NCBI GenBank assembly: GCA_951406725.2
Contig: OX597818.1
Span: forward strand, 132,928,001-132,992,000
Source: Octopus vulgaris
Lineage: Eukaryota
DNA length: 64,000 nucleotides
Direction of reading: 5' to 3'
Numbering within the stretch: position 1 is the first letter of the stretch; the number at the start of each line of letters is the position of its first letter. Of this stretch, positions 39,466-53,587 are shown in pieces. Both the position numbers and the translations under genes were made by a program. The notes below the pieces were generated by a model, which did no database searches, was not told the origin of the DNA, and saw nothing but the letters and a program-made list of their open reading frames with translations.

Positions 39466-40592
39466 AGTTTCTTTATTAGCCACACAGGGCCGAACACAGA
39501 AGGGACAAAATACAATGTAGAGTTTTTCTTTTCGGAAAGAGAAAAGAAGAAGAAAAATAAAATTCCGATCAAAAGGGATCGTGAGAAAGAAAAAAAAAAA
39601 GATATATAGATAGATTGTTGACACCACAGTAACTAACGAGGCTTTCACTATATAAGAGTCTACTATTAAAAGAAGGTACGTGCAAGATTAGCAAATGTTT
39701 TCACCGGTAAGGTAGCGACAGATAATGATCTAGTAATCACTAAACATTATTTTTGTTCTGCATTTTCGAGCTTGATTTTTTTTGTTTTTCAAGTTCAGTA
39801 TTGACAATTTTTATCGTCTGCCTTTTGACTTCGTAATCATATTCTTTGATCTCAAGCTTACTTTTTCTCTTTCATATAGCATTATGTATAGCAATATCAT
39901 TACGTTCATCTCGGTTTTAACAGATCTTATACTTTAACATTACTTGGATTAACAAATATTGTGTGAATCTTGTACAATCAGAAATTCCTTTTTTGATGTT
40001 TTGGTCACTCGCGGTTCGACTTGGGTGTTTTGACATAGCCGTAGAATGTTCCTCTTATTTATCCATTTAAAGCGATTATGTAGATCTCAGAGATCGGACT
40101 GGAGTTTTTTGGTGTGTCTGTAAGAAGACATAGAAATTATCTAGTGAATCAAAAACTCACTTTCGTAACATGTATATGTTTTAAGCATTGAAGATTACGA
40201 TTCTACAAAAGAAAAAATTTATCTTGCCCCACCCCCTTCCGCTCTTTCACAGCTTTGATTTACTTTTAAATTCTTCTTTTTTTTTAGATTTATGTTTTGA
40301 ACATCTGAGGTGCAGATCAACCCATTTGCCAATCCTGGAGTCGATTTGCTCGACAAAAGGCAGTGCTCCAGCATGGCCACAGTCAAATGACTGAAACAAG
40401 TAAAAGAGTAAAAGAGTATATATATATGGGTAACTGTATTAAACGTATTTAATATTTTGTTGTATATCAACTTGCCTTACTTACTTGCTTGTCCTTACAT
40501 TTACTCCACTGCCTGCTCAAATTTAAATCTCTTGTGCACTATGAAGTGTATTCTATACGGAAAATATCTCTCTCATCTATAAACTATACAGC

Positions 40593-40623
<31 letters not shown>

Positions 40624-40834
40624 TATATGTATGTATGTGTGTGTGCATCAGTTTCCTCACATGAATTTATTTTCTCGATTCCTGAACAAAACAGAACTAC
40701 TTGATAATGAATGATAGCTTACAATAATAATATGGTGTTAGTGATAGAATAACTTGAATCAGTGATTTTTTTTTAGTATGGACAAACTATAACAGTAGGA
40801 AAGTGCAAAACAATATAGAATAATGGGGGTGGGT

Positions 40835-40872
<38 letters not shown>

Positions 40873-40977
40873 TCTTTCATATTAATTTGTAATCTTTCAA
40901 AAGCCTGGATGTACAGAGTATTAGAAAAAAGTATGAGACACTCCTGGCTCATTATTATTATAATGATTATCGTTATT

Positions 40978-41073
<96 letters not shown>

Positions 41074-41948
41074 ATTATTATTATTATTGTCATTATTATT
41101 ATTACTATATCAACTAAAGCTCATAATGATATTTTCTGTTTAGCAGGTTCTTGTTATAGAACCAGAGAAACCAAGGTAACGTATTTTGTGAAAGAAAAAT
41201 AAAAAGAAAGAGAAAGTCTTTAATAATGTGCAAATAGAAAAATGTTAATGAAAATTTAATGAAAACTAAATATTTTAAAATGATAGAATTTAAATATATT
41301 AATAAAGCAAAATAAAATTTGAAAAATGGAAATATGAATGAATAATAGATTAGGAAATTAATATAGATATAAAATAAATGAATTTTGTATAGTAATGAAG
41401 AGAAATTATAATTGAACTCAATCTTTATAAATTTTGAAGTTAGAGAGCAAACGATGATGATGATGATGATGATGAGGAAGAAATGGAAGATGAAGTCAAG
41501 CTATATATACTTACTTTTAACTGGTTGTTTTATGAAGGAATTGAAAGTATGATGCAGCTGAAGTGTGGACACTGAATGAAGGTGAGTGTTTGGTAGAGAG
41601 GTGAGAGCATTAATTAACTTATTAATCATTAAATGAGAAATGAATATAAAATGACAGGAGAAACTAATTTAGCAACAAGTTTGACTTAATAGACCTTGCA
41701 CTTAAACAAACCCACACAAACACACATGCACATATACATCCACACAGATTTACATTTATGTGTATACATACCAATATATTTGTCTGTTTATGTGTGTGAG
41801 TAAATGTATGTGTGTGTGGAAACACAGATATGAAATGAAAAATGTATATGTATACATTTACATATAATTATATCACCAACACAGTTTTAACGTCTGCTCT
41901 TCCATGCTTGTGTAAGTCAGGTGAGAATTAGTTGTGGCAGACTTTTCT

Positions 41949-42094
41949 GTTGGCGTTAGGAAGGGCATCCAGCCATAGAAACATTGCCAGATCAGACTGG
42001 GCCTGGTGCAACCTTCTGGCTTCCCAGAACCCAGTTGAACCGTCCAACCCATGCCAGCATGGAAAGCGGATGCTAAACGATGATGATGATGATG
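41949..42094 (+). mobile_element. SINE family C 3' fragment
   Basis: TTGGCGTTAGGAAGGGCATCC...(GAT)n. Confidence 0.8.
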
Positions 42095-42220
42095 AATGCC
42101 TTCTAGATACCAACTTCTACCTGTTTCCAAAGAGGTATTAACCTCCCACACATGGTTATGCAGGAGACAGGAAACAAACAGCACCAGCTGGATGAGCCTT
42201 CGAGCATTTACACAGAAGTG

Positions 42221-42629
42221 TACTCTTTTACTCTTTTACTTGCTTCAGTCATTTGACTGTGGCCATGCTGGAGCACCGCCTTTAATCGAGCAACTCGACC
42301 CCGGGACTTATTCTTTTGTAAGCCCAGTACTTATTCTATCGGTCTCTTTTGCCGAACCGCTAAGTAACGGGGACATAAACACACCAGCATCGGTTGTCAA
42401 GCAAAGCTAGGGGGACAAACACAGACACACAAACACACACACATACATATATATATACATATATACGACGGGCTTCTTTCAGTTTCCGTCAACCAAATCC
42501 ACTCACAAGGCTTTGGTCGGCCTGAGGCTATAGTAGAAGACACTTGCCCAAGGTGCCACACAGTGGGACTGAACCCAGAACCATGTGGTTGGTAAACAAG
42601 CTACTTACCACACAGCCACTCCTGCACCT
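42221..42629 (-). mobile_element. SINE family A
   Basis: Full-length family A sequence. Confidence 0.9.
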
Positions 42630-42905
42630 AGTATAATATTTATATATATATGTAAGTTTTTGACATTAGAAGGGGCATCAAGCCATAGAAACCATACCAA
42701 AACAGTCAATGGAGCTTGATGCAATCATCCAGTTTGTTGAGTCCTGCAAATGTGTCCAACCCAATATGGACAATAGATGTTAAATGAGGATAATCATCAT
42801 CATCATACCATCATTTTATGTCCATTTTCCAAGCAGGCTTAGACAGATTGTCACTGTCTTGGTCAATTCTTCAGAGTTTGTATCCTCCTAACAAGTTGGA
42901 GAACT

Positions 42906-43246
42906 TGACTGAGACATCCTTCGGTCATGACTGGTCGTGGGATTGCACCTAGAAAGTTACCTTCCTAGACATAAGTCCGGGCAAGGTTGTTTATGGAAGA
43001 CCAGCAGTCGCCCATGTATACTGGCCTCCCCTCTCCATGCCACCAGTGTTATCCAAGGGAAAGGCAACAGCAGATACAGCTTGGCACTTGTGATGTCACA
43101 ACTCATTTCTACAGCTGAGTGAACTGGAGCAATGTGAAATAAAGTGTCTTGCTCAAGAACACAACATGCAGCCCGGTCCAGGATTCGAACTCACAACCTC
43201 ACGATCGCAAGCTCGATGCTCTAACCATTGAGCCATGCACCTTCAC
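42906..43246 (-). mobile_element. SINE family F (family E-like head and core, different tail)
   Basis: 13-bp TSD AAGTTGGAGAACT; second copy at 51160-51478. Confidence 0.9.
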
Positions 43247-45912
43247 AAGTTGGAGAACTATTACTCATACATTCCATTTTAGAAGCCCTTCCTGGAAGCA
43301 ATCACTTTACAGAGTATACTAAGTGCATTTTATCATGACACCAACACTAAAGAGGTTGTCAAGTTCTTTGACTACTCTAAATTAGTGTTCTCCACTTTGT
43401 TGTTTTTGTTTGTTTACAAAGCACTTTACAGAGTGCACTGGTGCACTTCATTACACCTCCTGCACTTTCAAGCAGCACAGTGTTACATGGGAGAAGATAG
43501 ACATGCATACACATATGCATTCACACATACACTGACGTCTCATTCTGACAACTTAGCCTAAAGTTATGCCTAACTGAGTTAACCTATGTGCAAAGGTGTT
43601 CCAGTAATTATCATCATTTTGAAAGGTCTTATTTCAGGCATGGTATATCCATTGTATTTTTAATAGTTTTGATGGAGATTTGCTTGTTCTGTCAAGCAGG
43701 TTGAGTGCTGATTTTGAGCAGTGATTTGCAACGTAGGACATATGCCCCACTAGTGGGGCTTAGGAAAATTGTGGTGAGGAGTAGGACCCCAAATTTTCTC
43801 TTTTATTTTTGTGAGACATGGAATTGTCAAAATCTTTCTTTTACAACTAAGCAAACTATACCTATGTTTTTCCAACCACCAGTGGGGAATTGGATCTTTC
43901 TGGCAAGTTGTAATGGGGCCTGAGAGAAAATAGATTAGGAAACACTGATTTAGAAGCTCTATCACTGTCTTGGGGCTTTAAAGTTTAAATCTCATTTCAA
44001 TTTACATGTAAAAGGTGAAAATATAGTTACTTAATTTTGTTGGAAATCTTAAACAATAGGATCACAGATAAACATCATCCGATGACACGCTGCATTGGTT
44101 TATCATTTTTATATTGAGCCCTCAGTAATACACTGTACTGCTTAATCAAATCTAATGGGTTTTTTTATCCGTCTTGAGGGTTGAAATCATTTGCAAATTA
44201 AGATATTTTAAGATTTGTTTCAATTGTTGTGATAATAACTGATTTCTTTTAATCAGGATCACAATGTAATTATAGAGGATAAAATACACTTGTTCAATTA
44301 ACTGACCGACTCCTGTGTGTTGTCTACACTTATTTTATTTTCAATTGCCGAAAGATGAAAGATAAACTTGTCCGTATTCAGATGAGAAACCATATCGGAG
44401 AAGAATAACAACAAAAATGCAACATCTCAGTTTGTTTATCTACTGCTTCTCTCACACAGTAGTCTCATCACGACACTAATTTTTTAAATTATTATTTATA
44501 TGAAATATATCTCTAACAATATTACAACTGAAAGATCTGTTTCTTTAAGTTTCTCTACCCGTCTCTCCTTTCTTTCCCTTGCAGCCTTCTTGTTTCTCAA
44601 TTGCCCTAAATTAGGCTAATTCTGTTCTACTTATCAATAACCGTTTCCTTTTCACCGTAACCTTAGGTGTATTAACACTGCCACAAGTAGAATGAAAATG
44701 AACACTCGAAAATATCTCTTTTGATATAAATTTATACTGTATATGGTTTTATATACAGCCTGATAGCTTGACTAAATATAAGCCACTCAAGATATATTTG
44801 ACAGGAAATTACTGGCGCTAATTTGCCAATCAACCCATTTGATGTCTAGCAGCTAAATATTATCTGAACACTGTTAATGCTTCTGAATTCCACAACAGGT
44901 TTTGTTTACTTTCTCTTTCTACTTATTATTGAACAAGATTAACCTCATATTTTCTGCTGACTTACATTTCTTTAGATCTAAAATTTTGTGCCATTTATTT
45001 CAAATTAAAATTCTTTGTAGTTTTCAAAGACGATGTAAAAGAAAGGAAAAGTCAACGTCAAAAGGTGAGAAATAAAGAGTTTAAATATGTAATAAAAGAC
45101 AGATATGTGAAACATGGAATAGCTGGAAGGGAATGCACATAAATAACTGAAATAAAGAGAAGGAATTAAAGATAAATATGAAATGGGAGGCATGGGAAGT
45201 GAAAAGTAGAAGAGGGAAAAGATAAATTTGCTTAAGAGATAAGTAGGAAGATAAAGACAAAGAGAATGATAGAAAGTTTGATATAAGTAAAGAAGAAGGA
45301 AATGTAATATAGAGAAGAGGATTATTAAAGGAAACCTGAACAATACAATTATGTTGATAAATTTGTTTTACCACTATACGATGTGTTCTGTAGCATTTAA
45401 ATAATGGATGCTTTAAAAATTAAATGGCTGAATAGATAAATGCCATGCTGACAAATAAGAAACATTTCTAATCAAATATAGCAGGAATTCAGGATCATTG
45501 AACATCATATAAATAAGAAGAAAGCAAACAATATATATATAAATTTAAATAGATTTATTTTACATCAAAACAAATACATTTCAAAGAATTTTAAAGAATC
45601 AACTTTGAGAAATATATAAATTGTAAAAATCAATAACAATAACTAAGGATAGTAAGACAATGAATGAAATTATTTGTTTTAAATAATTGTATATATTTTC
45701 AATTATATTAATTTCAAATTAACCCAATTAATTATGATGACATTCGATTAAGGATTGGAGCTAAACCCTAACCCTAACTGACACTACTTTTGCTGAAAGC
45801 CAATTTTCTTGCAAGGCTTTTTAGATTGCAAACAATGTCAAGCACTAATTTAAAAGATTGACGGACTGAAATAAGAAGTAAAAACTGAGTTTCAACACTG
45901 CACTTTAGGGAA

Positions 45913-45959
<47 letters not shown>

Positions 45960-46810
45960 TGCATATAGTCATAAAAATTGTATAATGACAAATTTCTTTA
46001 TGGCAAAATCATTGAGAGTTGGTGTCCTTCTACCATGCTTATTTGAAAATAGGATAAAATATGAAAGAAATTAGAAAATTTCATGGATAAATTTTGAAGA
46101 AGATACTTACTTCTGTGACACTAAATATTTTTATCCCACATAATGCATATGCTAAACATTGTGAGAGAATTGTGGCAGCCATTAAAACACATACACTTAG
46201 ACATTATTTATCATTTATAATTTTAACATCAGACATGATGGCAAGACTCCAACATGGCCACAGTCTAATAGCTAAAAGTAGTAAAAATGTAATTTAAAAA
46301 AAAAAATACATCAGATTTCAATATGGTGAAGTGGAGTATCAGTGATCAAATCATAAATTTTCCATGAACCATGAAAAACTGTTACATAATAGCATTATTA
46401 TATATATAACTATTATATACTGCTATGAGTATAAGGCCTGAATTTTTGGGAGAGTAGGCAGTCAATTATATTGCCCCAGTGTTCAACTGGTACTTATTCT
46501 ATCGATCACGAAAGGATGAAAAGCTGAGTTGACCTCAGCAGAATTTAAAACTGGACAAAACAATGCTAAGCATTTTGTCCAATGAGCAAATGATCCTGTC
46601 AGTCTTCCACCTTATCATGCTATATTTAATGACACTATTATATTACATAATATTGTTAGAAAATAACAATGTAAAACAGAATACAGCAGTGTGTATATTG
46701 TTTTAGGGGCTAACACAATGCAATTACTTGAGTTCTAACACAACACGATCCCAGATCAAATCATTTGTCAAACAAGCAAAACTCATGAAAAAAACATTGT
46801 TAAATATCGA

Positions 46811-47215
46811 GGCGTAGGAGTGGCTGTGTGGTAAGTAGCTTGCTAACCAACCACATGATTCCAGGTTCAGTCCCACTGTGTGGCACCTTGGGCAAGTGTC
46901 TTCTGCTATAGCTCCGGGCCGACCAATGCCTTGTGAGTGGATTTGGTAGACGGAAACTGAAAGAAGCCTGTCGTATATATGTATATATATGTATGTATGT
47001 GCATGTGTGTCTGTGTTTGTCCCCCTAGCATTGTGTTTACGATGTGTGTTTACGTCCCCGTTACTTAGCGGTTTGGCAAAAGAGACCGATAGAATAAGTA
47101 CTGGGCTTGCAAAAGAATAAGTCCCGGGGTCGAGTTGCTCGATTAAAGGCGGTGCTCCAGCATGGCCGCAGTCAAATGACTGAAACAAGTAAAAGAGTAA
47201 AAGAGTAAAAGAGTA
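46811..47215 (+). mobile_element. SINE family A
   Basis: Full-length family A sequence. Confidence 0.9.
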
Positions 47216-47418
47216 ATACCATCTAAATCAATATTTTGAATTCATTACAAAGTTAAGGCTGACATACGATAACATTAGCCATGGCCTGAATTTTACCTTT
47301 TCACATTTTTTTTCTCAATGAAGACGGTGTTTCCTTGAAATCAAATGACAAATACTTTCATTTTACTTCAAATGCAATGCATTGGTGTATAGTAGGTCGG
47401 TTGTCTTTGGTTGTCTAA

Positions 47419-47750
47419 GGCGGCGAGCTGGCAGAAACGTTAGCACGCCGGGCGAAATGCTTAGCGGTATTTTGTCTGCACTGGGGTCGATGTAATCGAC
47501 TTAATACCTATGTCTGTCCTTGTTTGTCCCCTCTGTGTTTAGCCCCTTGTGGGTAATAAAGAAATAGGTATTTTGTCTGCTGCTACGTTCTGAGTTCAAA
47601 TTCCGCCGAGGTCGACTTTGCCTTTCATCCTTTCAGGGTCGATAAATTAAGTACCAGTTACGCACTGGAGTCGATGTAATCGACTTAATCCGTTTGTCTG
47701 TACTTGTTTCTCCACTCTGTGTTTAGCCCCTTGTGGGTAGTAAAGAAATG
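47419..47750 (+). mobile_element. SINE family B, rearranged dimer
   Basis: Head-tail-body-tail order; flanking repeat GGTTGTCTTTGGTTG. Confidence 0.85.
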
Positions 47751-49068
47751 GGTTGTCTTTGGTTGAAATATTATGACATACAGGCTAGGCATCTCCAATG
47801 TTATGGAAGTGTTGCATATCTGAAAATTTTGCCATCATACCAAATTTTATCATGTGAAATATATTTTCTGTTGACTTCCATGTAAAATAAAAATCTATGG
47901 AAAAGGGATTTCACATTAGTTAGGGCCTATTCTTCATTTTGTGAGAAAGTTACTTTGAATATGAAAGGGTTACATTCAGAGATTTAAAAAGAATTACAAA
48001 CAACTTATTTATTGCAGTATTACATGAGTTAAGAAAATATTTAAATAGTCACTCAAACTCCTGATATAACAGCTGCCACATCTCCCTCATATCACATGGT
48101 ATCAGCTGATAACTGAAAACATTGAATAATATGGTTCTAGATATGCAAGGTCTGAAAATAAGATGGGATAATCCTGACTAGAAGCTTTTGAACCTGGATT
48201 AGCTTGAACAGGGCTGATCTGGTAGTTAGAGAAGAGCAACAACTACAGCCTTACACTGTGATAACAAAATATATAATAAAACAAATTTTGTTAGTGTATC
48301 ATCACTGACAGTGAACTGGAGGCTGAAATACTTCTGTAGCTACTTTATGAAAGAACAGCTAAGAGAGAGCTAATGAGATGGATCATAGCAGAAGCACTCA
48401 GATCACAGCCTAGTTTCAAACAATCTCATCACCATCAAACTAAAATAGATTCACTTTGAGCAAACTATAGTCAGTTGCAATGGTTAAATGAAACAATTAG
48501 AAAATTTTGTGTGATCAACTCGACAAGAATTCAAAATAGAAAAAGTAAATAATTCTTCAAGGAATCACAAAAAACTATAAAAAGAAAATATGAGAGACAC
48601 ACTGGATAGTGTAGTGCTAAATATATTATGACAAAAAAATGGAAAATATCAGAAAGGTCATGGTTGGAACAATTTTCGACACAAGTCTGCTTGAACAATG
48701 TTGACCTGTGGATAAACAACAAACGTTTTGAGCAGTTTTATTTTTAAAAAATTTGATCATAAACAAAAATAGAAGTAATACTTAGACAATAACTGTTAAT
48801 GATGTATTGTAAAAATGCATATTCAAATTCATGTAAAACACTAAAAAAATCAATATTATTTCTTTTTTTCTGACTAAATAAACCAGAAATTGGGACACAA
48901 AATACAATGTACTTATTTTTAAATTGTTCACAAAAATATGCAATGGGCTCTTAAAACAGTACAAATACCAAAATAGTGATAGTATTAAACAATTTTAGTT
49001 CATAGAATCAGCATTAAAGAATAGTCTTTCTCATATTAAAATATAATTCAATACACAAACACACAATG

Positions 49069-49111
<43 letters not shown>

Positions 49112-49418
49112 ATGTATATGCAAGTATACATATTCATACATATACATGAACAGATAAACAGATATAAATACATACATATACATATATATATATATACATG
49201 TATAAGTACTCACACACACGTATATATATCCATAATATTTTAAAGGAATATGTTTTTTAATATTTCACCTATATTGTTTCATATAATTATATTTTTCCAC
49301 GTATTTTGTATAAATTACTAATGTTGTTGATTATTAAGGAAAATGAGTCACATTGTAAAAAAATAATTCTGTCAGATCAGATACACTTTGGTTTCATCAT
49401 GCAAGAATGCAGATGCAG

Positions 49419-49471
<53 letters not shown>

Positions 49472-49476
<5 letters not shown>

Positions 49477-49650
49477 AGGATTCACAAAAAAACAAGAGAT
49501 GAAGACAGGTGGTGTAAACAACAAACAGATGTATTAGTATAACGCTCAGTAAGTGAAGAAGTCTTTAATGTTTCGAGCCTATGCTCTTCCAGAGAAAGGA
49601 ACACAAAAAGGAACAAAGAGAGAAAATAAAGAATGTGTAGTGGCTAGCGA
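49472..49650 (-). mobile_element. Probable Penelope pseudo-LTR remnant with a hammerhead-like motif, inside (AT)n
   Basis: Minus strand CTTT-CTCTGGAA-GAGC-ATAG-GCTC-GAAA-CATT-AAAG; core non-canonical. Confidence 0.45.
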
Positions 49651-49657
49651 TATATAT

Positions 49658-49735
<78 letters not shown>

Positions 49736-50211
49736 CATTATATATAATGTGTGTAAATATATATATTACTAATATATATATTACTAATTATCTAATGATA
49801 ATTCAATGAGTGCATGCAGAAGAGCAAGAATTCGGACAATAAAGTACCTATTCATTTTCAGTAGGTTCTTGTAGATTCAAACAAAATGTGGATGAAAAGA
49901 TACATAATTCTTTGGATTCTGACTGTTTTGCCGGCAGCTCATGAATTATTGTCTCTTTGACAGACATCAGCATGCATCAGCAAATAATTTGTTTACTGTT
50001 TCCTTTGAATAAAAGCTTTTGAGATTGTTAGGTTCATCAGTCGAGTGTGGGTAACTTTCACCAAGGAAACAAACAACATGGTCCCCTTTACACCAGTGAA
50101 TCATTTGTGTTATATATCTGTGTGTTATATATATTATATATATATATTATATATATATGTGTATATACATGTATATAAGTATGTATATATATATATATAT
50201 ATACATATGTA

Positions 50212-50254
<43 letters not shown>

Positions 50255-50255
50255 A

Positions 50256-50296
<41 letters not shown>

Positions 50297-50708
50297 GTAT
50301 ATATGTAGTATACCTGTACTATATATGTACGTTTATGTATGTATATATACATGTATGTATGTATATATACATGTATGTATGTATATGTATATGTATATAT
50401 ATGTAGAAGTGTATATATATATGTGTATATTTATATTTATATATATGTGTATATATATATATATATATGTATGTATATATCTATATCTATATATATATAT
50501 ATGTATCTGTAATATAATATAAATTCCTCTATTTACATAATATTGAGGTCTCATTAATGCTTTTGTTGTCATACTATGACTATTAATATATATATATATA
50601 TATGTATGCATATATATGTATGCATATATATATGTATGCATATATATATATACACATATATATATATATATGTGTGTGTGTGTGTACGTATATATATATG
50701 TGTGTGTG

Positions 50709-50743
<35 letters not shown>

Positions 50744-51159
50744 TGTATATGTATGTATAATAATAATAATATAAGGGAGTATAACTCCAAACTTACAGGG
50801 AAAATTTCAATTTAGTATTAAATCAAATTTCACAATATAAATATATAATATATATAAATTAGAGAAAAACCACTATTATGCAATTTAAACAATGATAGAT
50901 ATAAACCTAATCATAAATACAAAATGAAATATATTTGAAAACATATAACTAGATTACAAAAAGTACAAAAATGAATAAACAATATATAAGTATATATATA
51001 TTTATGTGTGTATGTATATATATATATATATATATATATAAATATATATACATATATATATATATGTATATATGTATGTATATATGTATATATATATGTG
51101 AATATACGTGTATATATACATAGGTGCATATATATGTATATATATATATGTATGTATAT

Positions 51160-51478
51160 GTGAAGGCACATAGCTCAGTGGTTAGAGCATTGAGCTAATG
51201 ATCGTGATGTGAGTTTGAATCCTGGACTGGGCTGCGTGTTGTGTTCTTGAGCAACTTTGCTCCTGTTCACTCAGCTATAGAAATGAGTTGATATGTCACA
51301 GGTGCCAAGCTGTATCTGCCTTTGCCTTTCCCTTGGATAAAACCGGTGGCATGGAGAGGGAAAGCCAGTATGCATGGGTGACTGCTATTCTTCCATAAAC
51401 AACCTTGCCCGGACTTATGCCTGAGAGGGTAACTTCCTAAGTGCAATCCCATGGTCAGTCATGACCGAAGGGAGTCTC
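51160..51478 (+). mobile_element. SINE family F
   Basis: Homologous to 42906-43246. Confidence 0.85.
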
Positions 51479-51481
51479 ATA

Positions 51482-51538
<57 letters not shown>

Positions 51539-51557
51539 ATATATGTGTATATATATG

Positions 51558-51591
<34 letters not shown>

Positions 51592-51908
51592 TATGTATAT
51601 AAATTTTAGGGTAGCAAAAACATTCTAGAAAAATTTTAACTGCTCTTTCTAGTGAGTCAGATGTCCTATAATGGCCATCTGTTATGTGTTTATATATATG
51701 TATATATATATGTATGTATATATATATATATATGTATATGTATATATGAGTATATATATATGTTTATATATATGTATATATATGTACGTATGTATATATG
51801 TATATATATATGTATATATACATATATATATGTATATACGTATATATATGTATATGTATATATGTATGTATATGTATATATGTATGTATACGTATGTATG
51901 TATATGCA

Positions 51909-51960
<52 letters not shown>

Positions 51961-52255
51961 GTATGTATATATATGTATATGTATATATGTATATGTATGT
52001 ATATATATGTATATATATATATATGTATATATATATGCATATATACATATATGTATGTTTATGTATATGTATATATATATATATATATCTATGTATATAT
52101 GTATATGCATATATGTATATATATATATATGTGTGTGTGTCTTTATATATATATATATATGTATGTGTATATTTGTATATCTATATATGCATGTATATAT
52201 GTATGTATACATGTATATATATACATATATATGTATATATGTATATATATATGTA

Positions 52256-52310
<55 letters not shown>

Positions 52311-52328
52311 ATCTATATGTATATATAT
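51479..52328. repeat. Large (AT)n/(ATGT)n microsatellite region (a similar block lies at about 50120-51160)
   Basis: Seen directly. Confidence 0.95.
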
Positions 52329-52469
52329 GAGGGTATTGGCCTAGTGCTTAGTATGCTGCCCTCCTGATCACAGGATCATAGATTTTTAACTCCAAAAACA
52401 TGGAGTCCATTGTATTCTAGAGTAAAACGCTTCATCTTCAGTTGCTCTGTGAATACTTTAATATCTGAC

Positions 52470-52850
52470 GTGTGGCACATTGTTCATCTGTACAGGCTGT
52501 CGATTTGATGAAGAGAATGAGCATACATCAAAATACAGGTCCAGATACTGCAACAGCTTGGGTTTCAGAGGACCACAGCTCTTTAACATCCTCCCTAAAT
52601 GCCTGAGAGACTTACATGGTGTGGATGTGGGTTTCTTTAAAACTAAACTGGATCTCTTCTTGTCGGGAGTCCCAGATGAACCTACCTCATGACAGGAGAC
52701 GTGGATTGGGCAGCAGCATCGTACTCCCTTGTTGATCAAGTGCCACGTATCAGAGGTGGATTCACAAATTAGTGTAGCTCATTCAGCGTTGGTGCCCCAG
52801 CATAGCTGCGGCCTTTGGGCTAAAACATTTTTAAGGATTTAAGGATTTAT
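52470..52850 (+). mobile_element. CR1-group LINE 3' end (ORF2 C-terminus, 3'UTR, (TTTAAGGA)n tail)
   Basis: NSLGFRGPQLFNILPKCLRDLHGVDVGFFKTKLDLFLSGVPDEP. Confidence 0.8.
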
Positions 52851-52960
52851 ACATGAATCACAAACATTTCATCTCTATAAACAAATCAACTGTACAGGTT
52901 GTTCAACAAGAAATTGCAGAACTATCTTTTTTAGATCAGGAGACTGTCATGAAACCTATA

Positions 52961-53368
52961 GGCGCAGGAGTGGCTGTGTGGTAAGTAGCTTGCTTACGAA
53001 CTACATGGTTCTGGGTTCAGTCCCACTGTGTGGCACCTTGGGCAAGTGTCTTCTGCTATAGCCCCGGGCCGACCAAAGCCTTGTGAGTGGATTTGGTAGA
53101 CGGAAACTGAAAGAAGCCTGTTGTATATATGTATATATATATATATATGTGTGTGCGTGTATGTTTGTGTGTCTGTGTTTGTCCCCCTAGCATTGCTTGA
53201 CAACCGATGCTGGTGTGTTTATGTCCCCGTTACTTAGCGGTTCGGCAAAAGAGACCGATAGAATAAGTACTGGGCTTACAAACTATAAGTCCCGGGGTCG
53301 AGTTGCTCGATGAAAGGCGGTGCTTCAGCATGGCCACAGTCAAATGACTGAAACAAGTAAAAAGAGAA
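52961..53368 (+). mobile_element. SINE family A
   Basis: Full-length family A sequence. Confidence 0.9.
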
Positions 53369-53587
53369 AAAAAAAAAAATTGCATATAAAATATATCCGT
53401 ATAAACCATTAAGCTATCACTGGCAAAACTTCAAAGTCACTATCGACAAAATTGTAATAAATATAATGAGTTCTTTAATCAGTCAATATTTATTGTTTTT
53501 AAGTATTTGAAGGCATATGTTTTCAACATTATATATAAATATAAATATGTAATATATATTAAACATATAAACATATATTCAGATAGA

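Noticed and set aside
39640-39715. TATA-like TATATAAGA plus a downstream GTAAGG donor
   Set aside because: Motifs alone are insufficient and no linked exon was identified.
45760-45780. Telomere-like CCCTAA repeats
   Set aside because: Only about 2-3 units.
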